DNA from: Eledone cirrhosa
Taxonomy: Eukaryota
DNA: 64,000 nucleotides
Assembly: GCA_964016885.1 (NCBI GenBank)
Contig: OZ024742.1
Location: forward strand, 138,074,001-138,138,000
Reading direction: 5' to 3'
Shown in pieces: positions 1-12,055 of the stretch. Positions within the stretch are counted from its first letter, which is position 1. Each line of letters starts with the position of its first letter. The translations under genes were made by a program, and so were the position numbers. The notes under the pieces were generated by a model. The model was not told the DNA's origin. It ran no database searches and was given only the letters and a program-made list of their open reading frames with translations.

Positions 1-33
<33 letters not shown>

Positions 34-548
34 CACACAAATATAACATCATCCATAAAGAAATTCATTCATACATATATACTGTGCTTTCTTTAATATC
101 TGTGTAAGTATATGTCAGTAAAATAAGTAGTTTTCGATTAACTCCGTTTCCATCTTAAGTGGTTTTCTTTGTAATGCCATTAGAAAATAAATATATAAAT
201 ATTAACATGTAAATATATATATGAATAAATAAAAGCCTAAAACTAAGAGAAATATAGAGATCTTACGATTGTAAAATATCGTTACGATAATAAACAAAAC
301 TGTTAAAAACCACTTGATAGATGAAAATGTCTGGGATGTAAGTGACCAATGTGGGAAACATATATTTCTGTTTCTTTATGTTTTACCTAACAACAGTTGT
401 ACCTCGACTCACATTTTGTGAGAAGCAATGATTGATATTTATTGAGAACGTTTTAGGAGGCATTCCGTGACTGCGGATGATGTCTTTATGAACATTATAT
501 CCAAACAATTTGCAAACTTATATACTACTACTGCTAATGATAATAATA

Positions 549-770
549 ATTGTTTCTGATTCAGGCACAAGGTCAACAATTTCTTGGGGGGGGGGGGGGT
601 TTCAGTCAATTAAATGGACCTCAGTTCATTACTGGTGCTTTATTTTTCGACCGCGTAAAGATGAAAGGCGAAGCTAACCTTGGCGGGATTTGAACACAGA
701 ACCTAAAGAAACGTAACTCTATACTGCAAAGCATCTTATCCGACGCACTACCGATACTGTCAATTCATCA
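549..770 (-). mobile_element. tRNA-like SINE, dominant family of the window (diverged)
   Basis: Reverse complement carries GTTCAAATCCCGCC (B-box-like) and CTTTCATC...GTCGAAAAATAAAGCACCAGT, shared with many other copies. Confidence 0.8.
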
Positions 771-1680
771 ATAATAATAGAATTAAAAATCGTCAGTACA
801 GCACTTTACACAAACTTATTCGACATCCAGCGGCGATATAAAAGCTGAGACCAGCAATGCGGTACACCAATGATGATTTCATAATTGATATCAGCTAAGT
901 TGCTTTATGTCTTTCTGCCTGGAAGGCAAGCGTTTGGAGAAATGTACCCAAAGATTTGAGAGTATTGAAGGAATTTCATAAACAAAATAGGAGGTGGTAA
1001 GTTGAAGGTAGACGTCACAAAAATGGTTGGTAATTGCAATATATGCATTTTATAGTCACTTAAACTCATTTATCAGATAATATATTCTTTTGGTTTCTTG
1101 AATAGGAAATATTAAAACAAAGAGTTTCTATATTCCATGTTAGGTCTGATCAATATGCCGACATATAATCAATTTCCACGCCTAACATAATTGAGGGATG
1201 ACAAAGGGTTAACTTTATTTTTAGTGATTTAGAGAGAACCAATTTGTTATATATGGTTAATTCTTTTATTACGTTATAAACATAGAATTAGGAATACAGT
1301 ACATTGGGGTTATATGCCTTTACTTTATTTTGTTTCAGAGTACTGCTTGGCACTGATTTTTATGTTTGTTTTTCGGAAACACGATGCAATCGTAAAATTT
1401 GGTAAGCCCTTCAATGACAGAGGAATAATTTGTATTTCCCTTTTTCTCTTAGCAGCGAAAATTGCAGACGTCCACTGGAAGAACTCAACAATGTTAGAAG
1501 GGGGAAGTGCATCAATAAGCTAGTGTTTCGTTACATACATGAACAAAACTCATTTCAGACCAATTTCAAACAATACTAAAGAAACATGCAAATCGAGGTA
1601 TATTTCAATGAGAGTCTGGTAGCCCATGCACTTATATCTGGCTTACGATCGATAGGTGGATAGAGCCAGGTCCCTCGGCT

Positions 1681-1735
<55 letters not shown>

Positions 1736-1749
1736 AAATGTAAATCAGA

Positions 1750-2315
1750 GTAGTAGAATGATCCCGTCATTCTTGCTTATGTGTTGGCAATAAACAGAAT
1801 GTTAGACACTAATTTCTGGGGTGATTACCCTACATCAATACCCTATACTGCTTACCTGCCAACTATCAGAGCTATGTTATATTTTCTGGAATATACAGTG
1901 ACTGATCGGCCTGATTTGCATATTAACTGACTGCCCGATCAGGCAAATCTGCATATTATCAGACCCACTAATCATCCAGCTTTGCATATCAGCAGATAGG
2001 CCAGTCAGTTTCATGTACAAGAGTGATTAATGGCCGGCTTTGCCATTGTCAAATAACTAACAAATAGTTTTAGCGCTCTATATGGCTGAATAGAAGAAAT
2101 GTAAATGTGTTTTACCTGATCAGACATGTCTGCATATTAGCAGACCCACTAATCGACCAGTGGGATAATATGCAAATCAGGCCTATCAGTCCCTGTATAT
2201 TCCAGAACATATATAATTTCACTATCTCTGATTTAGGGTAATCACCCAGAAACATTAGTGTCTACCAGTCTGTTTATATGCTAACACAAGAACAACACTG
2301 ATGGGGCCATACTAC
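1750..2315. mobile_element. Fold-back/MITE-like element with long imperfect inverted arms
   Basis: About 1750-1925 pairs with about 2165-2315 (GACACTAAT..CTGGGGTGATTACCCTA vs TAGGGTAATCACCCAGAAACATTAGTGTC); internal TGCATAT subrepeats. Confidence 0.6.
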
Positions 2316-2369
2316 ACACAATGCTTAAACAGGCTCATTGCAAACGAATCTAGTATTATTATTAATATT

Positions 2370-2560
2370 AGGGTGGTGGATTGGCAGTATCGGTAGAGGG
2401 TCGGATGCCATGCTTTCCAGCATAGTTACGTCCCTTTGCGATCTGAGTTCAAATCCCGCCGAGGTTGACTTTGCCTTTCATCCTTACGGGGTCGATAAAA
2501 TAAAGTACCAGTAATGCACTGGGTAATTGCTGGCCTTGTGCCTAAAGTAGAAACAATTAT
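2370..2560 (+). mobile_element. tRNA-like SINE, full length
   Basis: GGATTGGCAG...GAGTTCAAATCCCGCCGAGG..CTTTGCCTTTCATCCTTACGGGGTCGATAAAATAAAGTACCAG...GGCCTTGTGCCTAAAGTAGAAACAATTATT. Confidence 0.9.
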
Positions 2561-2617
2561 TAATATTCGAAAAACTCAGATTTACATTTATTGTATTCAG
2601 AGTGATAAAACTATTTG

Positions 2618-2649
<32 letters not shown>

Positions 2650-2652
<3 letters not shown>

Positions 2653-2814
2653 CGAATAGGACCCCGACGGCTGAGCTCAAGCCGTTTCGACGGCTAATTC
2701 TGGAGCTCAGCCGTCGGGGTCCTACTCGTTCCTATTACCCACTCTACTACCCTAAGTATTGAGTACTTTGGTGCGTTATGGTCCACCTGGTTCCTTACCA
2801 CATTTCCATCGTTA

Positions 2815-2820
<6 letters not shown>
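2650..2820. mobile_element. Mini fold-back PLE terminus with partial hammerhead; same family as 61714
   Basis: 2650-2678 is inverted at 2703-2731; tail to 2820; (TA)n on both sides; 2650-2704 is nearly identical to 61714-61769. Confidence 0.8.
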
Positions 2821-2865
<45 letters not shown>

Positions 2866-2868
<3 letters not shown>

Positions 2869-3009
2869 TGGTTACACAACAGTTAGATCCGCTAAGGTGA
2901 AACAATTGTTCTCGGTATGGTGAACTAACTGTTGTGAAACCACTTCTACCTAACTCGTCCCATGGACTAAGTGCTCTACCACTACGGATATTACCTTCCA
3001 GTGTGTTAC

Positions 3010-3012
<3 letters not shown>
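2866..3012. mobile_element. Mini fold-back insert containing the 3' half of a hammerhead
   Basis: Arms 2866-2886 / 2925-2945; spacer GATCC-GCTAA-GGT-GAAA-CAATTG-TT; tail; (TA)n on both sides. Confidence 0.65.
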
Positions 3013-3093
<81 letters not shown>

Positions 3094-3127
3094 ATGTATG
3101 TATGTATATATATATATATATATATAT

Positions 3128-3730
3128 GTCAAGTCACCAGTTGATGCTCCTGGTAACATGTAAACATGTATCCCAGTACAACCTGTCTCATTGTCGGGTC
3201 GTTGGCGACTAAACTGGCAACCCCACCAAGGTTTCTTGGTGAGGAGGGTGACCTTGGACATACTGCAGGACTAAAACAAAACCTGTCAAAGGGCAAAGGA
3301 CCTCTTAAGAATCAATGACCATCCAAAATGACCGCGAGATATGACCCCCCCCCCCTTAGTCTTTGTCAAGGCAAAATTCTAGGAGAAGGAAAACTCTGAT
3401 ATAACCCCTGCAACCCTGATGGTATCCAATAATGTTGACTTGTTCTTCTTTTTGGTAAATATCATCTTGGTTAAGAGAGTGGGACTGGCTTTGTGCAGTG
3501 CCTTTGCTCACTATAAAAGCTTCACGGCACAGGCATTGCTTTATATCTGGAGATCTCTCTGCACTTGGTACCATGGGCCCAGCACAATGTGTCAATAATT
3601 GTCACAAGTGTATTGTTTGTACCAGAGATTTCAAGTCGCTGGCTGGACTAAAAAGTCACACTCGTTCAGCGCATCGGTAGGAGTTCTCCTACACGGATAT
3701 AAAGTACTCGAAAACGAGTTGGCAGCCACC
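3128..3730 (+). mobile_element. Internally deleted RTE-like element (5' UTR joined to the ORF end)
   Basis: RTE-type 5' motif CTAGGAGAAGGAAAACTCTG; terminal C2H2-like peptide CIVCTRDFKSLAGLKSHTRSAHR* followed by a short 3' end and (AT)n. Confidence 0.55.
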
Positions 3731-3809
<79 letters not shown>

Positions 3810-3811
<2 letters not shown>

Positions 3812-4995
3812 GTAGGAGGTGAGTTTTATTGAAGCACAATAAAGCAATGCAAATATCGGATAAGTAGCATTCAAAAGTGTATTGGACTGGAGTATATATA
3901 AGAAGAAATTAGAATACGGTTAAAAAAGTTCCATGTATTTTATTATGCGTATTTCAAAACCAAATATCATCCAGGGACGATATTTGCGTTCTCATCAGAT
4001 AAAATAGGGAGACATGATTTGAAGCTTAAAAAAGACACTTGTGAGCAAGGTAGTGTCTAAACAACATATGATAAATAAATTTAAAGGGATATAGGAGATT
4101 GGAGAAAAGGAAAGGAAGGTGAGAAGAGTAAGGAAGATGAAGAAAGGAAAAAGAAAAAAGAAGGAAAGGATAACGGAGGAAGATTATATGAAGGAGGAAT
4201 GAGAGAGAAAGAGAGAGGAGAGAACAGAGAGAGAGATAAACATTTAAACCGAGAAACGCTGTCTCACACAGAGAAAAGACTGAAAAAACGGTTGTAAAAT
4301 TTATAAATAAATTAAATAAATTAATAAGATTTTAAATTTAAAAGTTAATGAGGTTTACGGATGATGATGCTTATGATTACAGATATAGAAATTAAGTCTA
4401 CTATTTATTTAGGGTTTAAGTAGTGAAGGATTTATTATGAAGTGCAAAAATATATTAAAAAAGAAGTATTATTAAGATAAAATAAAGTGAAATAAGATAA
4501 GAAAATAAGATAAGAAAATAAAGTTAGATGATTTATAAGCATAGAAGACGATATAGGGTCCTAGTTTGTTTCAATAGATTGTAATATAAAAAGTAATTAT
4601 TTAAGTTTATACAAGCAAGGAAAGAGAGAAAAACGAAAAAATACGAGGGAAAAAAAACATTACGTCAAAAATTTGTTTACAAAATTCACCTAATGCTAAT
4701 ATTAATAGATTTGAAGTAAAACATTGGGAAATATAGCTGCTAATAAGTAATGTTGAAAAAAAATGATATAAAGATAAACTATTTAAAAGAAAAATTTTGT
4801 ATCGCCAAGACGAAATTTGCTATAGTGAATTAAAAGGTTAAACAATTACAAAAAATTATTAAAAGAAATTAAAAAATTACACAATTAGGGGACCAAAAAT
4901 GGTATAGTATGAATGAACTTTTGTAGAATGCACTGAAATATGGTAGAAAAAGGGGGTATATGTGTAAAAGAAATATATTTGTGTGAGAAAAAGGA
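3810..4995 (-). mobile_element. Probable PLE 3' arm/pLTR fragment
   Basis: Starts at (TA)n, has an HHR about 130 nt from the end, and shows the same strand skew as the PLE arms at 28.3 kb and 61.7 kb. Confidence 0.5.
3936..4006 (-). ncRNA. Type I hammerhead ribozyme motif, canonical core
   Basis: TATTTTAT-CTGATGA-[GAACGCAAATATC..GATATTTGGTTTT]-GAAA-TACGCA-TA-ATAAAATA; 8-bp stem I, near-palindromic loop III. Confidence 0.85.
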
Positions 4996-7945
4996 CTGCC
5001 AGGCCAGAGAACTCTGGAAGTTATCCATAAGCCCTGGACGGAAAGTCCTCCCGAACAGACTGGTCAGTTCATCTTCCTCGATGCCTAGAGTTTCCCCGAG
5101 AACGTCGTCGCACTTATCCACCACTAATCCCTTATAGAATGTCGAAGTGGAGTCTCCGCTGATTGCCGTTTCAGCTTAGTAGAGGGCTGTGAGCGCCTGT
5201 AGGCACTCGAGGTGCCAGGCACCCATTTTCGGTCTTCTCTTGACCCAGGTCTGCAGCTCTGTTAGTGAGACGAGTTGTGGAAGAGCTTGTCTCACAAACG
5301 ACAGCCACACCGGTTCACCAGTCAGGAATACCTGGAGTTGGCGTAGCCTCAGCGCATGTTTGCGTATCATCAGCCACGGCATGCCCAGCCCTCCGTTGGA
5401 TGGGTGTTGACAGCAGATGGATCTCCTCACCAATAGAGCCTGTTTCTTCCAGAGGAACGTGAAGAGTAGGCGTTCCATTTTGGTAATGTATTCGCGGGGG
5501 CAAGGCACGACTGTCAAGCGGTGGTAGATGACCGACGCTATGTAAGTGTTCGCCACCTCCGCTCGACCTTTCAAGGAGAGTTTGCACTCAGCCCACTTCT
5601 GAGTGAGTGCAAACACCTTCGCCGTGACCTCGTTCCAGTTCTTGTCCACCTAGAGGTCTGGACCGAACCAGACCCCGAGCAATTTCACCGTTCCTTCCGT
5701 CCAGTGTCCAACGACACAGTCGGAAGGCATGGGTTTGCCTCTCCATGTGCCGAGTTGAAAACCGACAGACTTGTTTGGGTTTAGTCTTGCTCCTGTCAAC
5801 GTTTCGTATTCCTGTAAAAGGTTGCCGATTAACCCGATTTCCGAGGTTTCCGACACCATTACGGTTATGGCGTCGGCATACGCTGACGCTGCTTTCCGCA
5901 GTCCTGGTTCGATCGGGATGCCCTGCAACAGCTCCAACATCCGCAGTAACGGCTCGAGAGTCAGTACATACAGAATGGAGGAGAGAGCGCATCCCTGACG
6001 GATGGAATGCATTATTTGGAATGGCTCTGATAGGTAGCCATCCACCTTGACTGCCGAGCAGATGCTGGTGTGCATGGAAGCGATCCAGCCTCTGAAGACG
6101 GGAACGAAGCCGGCCGCCTTGAGAACTGCTTCCAAGTATTGATGGTCGACCCTATCAAATGCCTTAGACTGATCTAAATTGATCAGAGCCCCACCGAAGC
6201 CAGGTTTACACCCTACCCTCTCTATGATGTATCGCATATCGTGGAGGTTGTCGTGTATAGACTTGGTCGGGATTGCACACGTTTGGGCTTCACCTACCAG
6301 GTTCTCGACGACAAGCGCCAGCCTTGCTGCTAACACCTTGGCCAAAATCTTTAACTCTGTGTTGAGCAGATTTATGGCCCTGAAATTGCTTATCTCATCC
6401 CCCTTGTTCTCATCTTTCCTGATTAACGTTACTACGCCTCTGCCTACAGAACTGGGAATCCTCCCGTTCTGCTGCCAGTTGCAGTAGACCGCTTCGAGGA
6501 CGCCAGAGAACAAGTTTGGCATGCCTATATAAAACTCATAGGGTAGACCATCTAAACCTGGTGATTTGCGTTTCCCGCAGCGGCCTAGGGCATCTTCTAT
6601 TTCGCTCGCTGTGATCGGCCTTTCGCAGCTCTCCGCATCCGTGCTCGAGAGTCGCGGTTCGCCGTCGAGGTAGAAGCTGAAGTCCATCACCTCGCTCGAT
6701 GTACCGCTTTTCCTGAACAGTTGTGCAAAATGCTGCTGGAAGGCCGTGTACATCTGCTTGGATTCAAGTATAATGCGTCCATCTTTGTCTTGCAAAGACC
6801 GATTTGTAGATTTGTTGCTACTTTTCGCCTCTGCCACTCGGGTCCAGCTAACAGCTTTGGCTCCCTCGTTTCTTAGAGCACGTGTTCTACTTCTGACAAT
6901 ACAACCTTCGTGTTTCACGTTGAAGAACTGGTCTAGTGCCATTCTCGCCGCTAGCACGTCAGCTATACTGCCATTCCTAAATGCCTCTTCTATTTTAGCT
7001 ACCAGTTCCTTTTCAGTTTTGTTTTTTGATAATGCTACTTCCTTGCTAAATGCTCTCGATTCTATTCTAATTGCTATCTTGAGAGAGCTCCACCACCTGT
7101 TGTTGACGATCGCCCCCGTCAACTGGCACTTAACTAAATTGCTAATCCGTTTACTGTAGGCCTTACGCGCCGGGAGCGACATGTTTAGCTTCCAGTATCC
7201 GGGTCCCTGTCTATGTGTTCTATCAAGGTTGACGCAGGTGACTAATTTGTGGTCTGAATAGGCAACCATGTGCATTTGTGGACAGCTTAATGTTTCCTTA
7301 TCTTTCTGTCTAATTAAAAATCTATCTAAATACGATCTAGAGGACCCAGTGCAGTTGCTCCACGTCCACAGTGGTGCACTTGGGCAGTCTAGTCGATTCC
7401 TATCAGATCAGCCAGTTGTAATTGGCTGATGAGATTTTTAAGGCTATTACACGCCCCCCCCCCCCCCCTCAATTATCACAAGCTCCTACATAGTCCCAAC
7501 GTGTGTCTAAGATGCCATTCCAGTCCCCCGCTAACAATAAGGAGCGAGACGTTCCCAGGAATGGCTCCAGACGCTTGAAGAACTCTGGTCGCGATGTCCC
7601 AGTCGGGGCATATACGGCCACCAGTCTGAAAGCTCCACCTTCACTACCATTCACGTCCAGGAGCACCAGGCTGCCCTCCGGGTCCAAGTGAATCGTCTGT
7701 ATTTTGAAATCCAAGTTTTTTCGAAACAGAACAGCAACTTCCCCTCCACATCCTGGCTGACACAGAGAGGCGCAGATCTGAAAATCATCGAACATAGGGG
7801 TTAGCTGCTGCTTGTCGTGAATCTTGGATTCGGTGATGGCTATCGCATCTATACAATGTGACTTGAGATCATTTAAAAGCTGGCCCTGTTTCCATGACAT
7901 GCCCAGACCACGTACATTCAAACATCCAGCTTGTATAGTCGCCAT
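4996..7945 (-). pseudogene. LINE ORF2 (APE endonuclease + RT), broken
   Basis: Collinear pieces 7469-7945, 5650-7275, 5176-5649 and about 4996-5170; frameshift at the C-run near 7460, stop at 5650. Confidence 0.9.
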
Positions 7946-7949
7946 GTTG

Positions 7950-9330
7950 GTGAAGAAGAGTTAAGGAGGTCCGGTTGTTCGATCTCCATGTCCAGATTGG
8001 CGGTGTTTGGGGAGGCATGGATTCATTTTAGCAGAATACGGTTAAGGGGCTTTTGGCAAGGGGGGTGGGGCACATCATGTGGGAAGTTCTCTTTTAAAGT
8101 TTCATACTGTATGGTTGTTACCCTGATAAGTTCGAGGTTTGAGGTGGGTCGTTGATGGGGAAGGTTTTCCCTTCCGTTTGTATTGCGGGGTCCTTTCGGA
8201 GAGTTTCCACCAGTTCTTTGTTTCTTGTTTTATGTTTGTGTAGTGTGTTTTGTTTTTTATGTGTACTGTTTCTGTTTGTAGTTTTCTTTTTGTGGTTGGT
8301 GTTTGTGATTGTGGTGGTGTGGGTGTTTGTTTTGTTGGTGAAGTGTTTGGTTGTATTGGTGGTGATTGTGTCGTTGATGTGTTTGCCGTTTGTGGCGGTG
8401 TGTTTATGGTGGGGTTGGGTGTGTGCATGTTTTCTGTAGATGTTTTGGGGTCTTTTTTGTATCTCTTTTGTTTTGGGGATTTTGGGGGTTCCTGTTCATT
8501 CTCACTTGGAGATGTAGAGGTTCCCGACTTCTGAATCAAGGGTAGATGGGAGGGGTATGTCGTGTGCTGGAGTGTTTGTGCAGGTGTGTGTGGAAGTATT
8601 TGACAAGGGGGAGAAGCAATAGATGGTTTTTCAGTGGGATTTTGTGTGTGTGGTTGTCTCTGGTCTGTGGTGTTGTGGGAATGGATGTTACAGGTGTTTG
8701 TATTGTGTTTGGTTTGGCGTGTTTATGTTGGGGTTTTGGTGTTGGTAATAACATCTTGTTTGTCCTCGGTTTGTTTAAGAGAGGGCAACAGGCCTTTAAG
8801 TGTGTTGTTTTCCCACACTTATGGCACTGAGGTCTTTTCCCCTCCACTAAAATGGAGATGAAATCTTCTTCAAAGACGATCCTGTCCGGTATTTTCTCAA
8901 CTCTCTCTGGCCTCATTTGTACCAGAACCTCGATGCAGGTTCCAAACCATTTATGCCGGTCTGTCCTCTCTACAGACAGGAGGGTGTCCTCATCCTTCTT
9001 CAGGATGCAGCGTAGGATCTACCATATTTTGACCTCTGCTGGGTTCCTGGTTATTTTTATTTTGTAGGATCTTCTTTCCATGTATGTGGGTAAGAAGATG
9101 TGTTGATCCGTTTTTATTGGGTGAACCGAGTGTTTGTGTGCCAGAGTTTCGCTATTAAAGAGCAATGACACACTTTCATACTGTTTAACTCTTTGGAGGT
9201 ATGCCGCGTCTGGCTTGATGTCTTTTAGTGCAGCTTCGATAATGCTTGTTGGGAGCCTTGTTGGTTTTTTGGTAGTGATGTCAACTGTTCTATAAATTAG
9301 CTTCTTTTTCTGTGTCATTTCTCTTACTTG
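7950..9330 (-). pseudogene. LINE ORF1 (gag-like CCHC), frameshifted
   Basis: Pieces 9019-9330, 8536-8916 (CX2CX4HX4C) and 8102-8539 (P/T/Q-rich) lie directly upstream of ORF2. Confidence 0.75.
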
Positions 9331-9405
9331 TGTGGGTATGTGTTTGTGTGGGGTATCTCCCTCAAACGTCACATATATATATATATATAGATAGATATAC
9401 ATATG

Positions 9406-9499
<94 letters not shown>

Positions 9500-9584
9500 C
9501 ATACATACATACGTGTATGTATATGTACATACATACATTATACATGTATACATACACACCCAGACATGCATATATATATATATA

Positions 9585-10192
9585 TGAAAACAGGGAGAAA
9601 AAGACGATTATTAGGAAGAAAAAAAGATAAAGAGGAAAAAAAATATTGTTCTTCCTCTTTATCTTTTTATCTTTTTTCTGGGTTAGAAAATGATTAAAAC
9701 AAAATATTTTATTTCGTGTGAAGTATTATGGAATTAGTTAATTTATTTATTAATTAACAATAGCATTTATTTATTTATATATTTCATAATTGTCTATTAC
9801 CGGTTTCAGCATCTTTATGCATTATCAAATGATAATAATATGTATTAGTGTACTATGGTGGTGTTGAACATGTTAAGGAAATGTGAAGAAAGAATAGTGT
9901 TATTTATAAACAAGGTTTATGAAGTGAAAAGAACATAATAGGGCAATGTGAAAGAAAAAATAATATTATTTACAGGCATAGTTCTTGAAGATAAGCAGAT
10001 CAAAATGTGTTAAATAAATTAACTAATACCTTAACACTTCACACAAAGTAAAATATTTTATTTTAATCATTTTCTAACCCAGAAAAAAGTGAATAAAATA
10101 TATTTTTCTTCCTAATAATCGTCTTTTTCTCCCTGTTTTCATATATATATATCCTAACTCGTGTGCTCCTTCTCCACATTTTATTATTATTA
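9585..10192. mobile_element. Fold-back PLE-terminus insert with hammerhead variant
   Basis: 9585-9724 is inverted at 10036-10141; tail to about 10192; TA-rich flanks. Confidence 0.7.
9789..9836 (-). ncRNA. Minimal hammerhead motif, U3-A8 core
   Basis: TTGATAA-T-GCAT-AAAG-ATGC-T-GAAA-CCGG-TA; stem I imperfect (ATTATCAT/ATAGACAAT). Confidence 0.6.
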
Positions 10193-11667
10193 TATATATA
10201 TAGATAGATAAAGAGAGAGAGAAAGAGGGGAGAGAGAGAGAAATGAGAGACAGACAGACAGATAGGGAGGAGAGGGGAACAGATAGTTGGATGTATAGTT
10301 AGATATACATATATTAAACCATGGGTAGTTGGGCCAGTAACTATTGATGGAATTGTAGAGGAGCCATAGTGACATGTATAATTTCTTGCTTGTATTTTTG
10401 AAAAGGTTGTTTTACGACATGTAAATATGTCAAATGAATAAGGCACACCGGAAACCAGGACAGGCGTTGGTGGTTTCTATTATGTCATTAGCCATGCATT
10501 TATCAGTTGCCAACAGACATATCGTTCTATAGAACCTTACAAATGAGGGTATATGCGAGCAAATCAATAAACCATGGACAAGGAGAATTGTAAATATGTT
10601 GTATCTAACTGATTCTTATATATAAATATACATAACATAAATGTAATTATGTTATCTAACGCGATGTCATATTTTGGATATATATTGGAGATTCAAAATA
10701 TTTCACCAACCAATCAGTAATTGCATTACCAATCCCTGTTGATTAATTATCAAAATTAGTCTAGTAGCATGTGTACACAGCTCACAACGGATTTAGTACA
10801 TTGCGCTACTATTTATTGTATAACTTTGATATACGTAAAGCGTTTATTATGCTGTTTTGGCGATTCTGTCTCAGGTCTCTATACGATCGATAGACCATTA
10901 AAATATGCAGACTTTCTTTAAGCACATTAATGAAATGAGTTCTTATATATACTATAAACAACGCTGAACCTCTATGGCAGAAATATCTTTAGTTGGTAAA
11001 CTTTTCTGACAATAGCAAGCGCCACTGAAATACTTACGTATTATTATTGAAACTTGTTAATTAATGCTGCAATCTATTTCATCGTGATCATCTCTAGACT
11101 AAAACATGTCATATCAAATTTAACGATAGCCATATATAATATAAATTTAAAATATTTTGAAGCTTACTAAGATATTTAAAGAATTGAGATTTCAAAGGTA
11201 TTATAGACCAACATTCTATTAATGTTATAATTGCTGAAATGGTAAAACATTGCTAAACTTATTGTTATTTATTTTCATAGGCCATTAATAAAATATTGAG
11301 TGCAAATTTATTTCATTTCATATATCTAACATCTTTATTCCCTCGCAAAACTGATAAGATATAATATTTTACTTTCATCTGGTTTTCTGCCATATCTGTC
11401 ACATATTAGTCACATGAGAATTCTAAATGTTTCTATAGTTCTTTGCGCCGTTCGATGGGAATATTATGTTACCATTTTACGAGTCGATAAATAGTAATTT
11501 CAATAATACGAAATACGTTAAGTACGAGCGTAGACTATATGTCACTTCACTAAGCTCCGCGGATCAGAAAGGTGTCTTCTATATCTAGTTTCTTTTGAAT
11601 AATTTCAGCCTTTCACTGGATATATGTCTAATAATTTTTTGAAATTGCGTTTATCAATAGGCCAACA

Positions 11668-12055
11668 GTGTCGATAAAATAAAGTACCAGTAATTCACTG
11701 GGTAATTGCTGGCCTTGTGCCTAAAGTAGAAACAAGTATTACATTTTAGGTAGATCATCGGAATTGTAAGGCTTCAATGGCATTCAGTAACATTTAAATT
11801 GAAACGTTTTGTAATTACGCCATTATATTTCATATTTGCGGTGGATTGGCAGAATCGGTTGAGAGTCGGACGCCATTCTTTGCAGCATAGAGTTAAGGCC
11901 CTTTATGATCTGAGTTAAAATACCGCCGAGGTTAACTTTGCCTTTCATCCTTACGGGATCGATAAAATAAAGTACTAGTAATGTACTGGGGTCGATTTAA
12001 TCGACTTTTCCCTCCCCGAAAATTGCTGGCCATGTGCCTATATAAGAAACCATTA
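11668..12055 (+). mobile_element. SINE 3' fragment (11668-11738) plus full SINE (11838-12055)
   Basis: Same core as 2370-2560. Confidence 0.85.

Larger units (their letters stand above)
4996..9372 (-). mobile_element. L1/Tx1-clade LINE, disrupted, 3' end missing
   Basis: ORF1 pieces with zinc knuckle CHKCGKTTHLKACC; ORF2 APE endonuclease (LNVRGL, VYAP, GDWN, SDH) and RT (WKLN, SPGLDGLP, DQSKAFDRV, RQGC, YADA). Confidence 0.92.

Noticed and set aside
2370-2470. tRNA gene suggested by the GTTCAAATCCC B-box
   Set aside because: No cloverleaf; it is the head of a SINE.
10300-10600. Minus-strand YTLICKV..W..NYTC Ig-like pattern
   Set aside because: Needs several stops and a frameshift; no clear splice sites.
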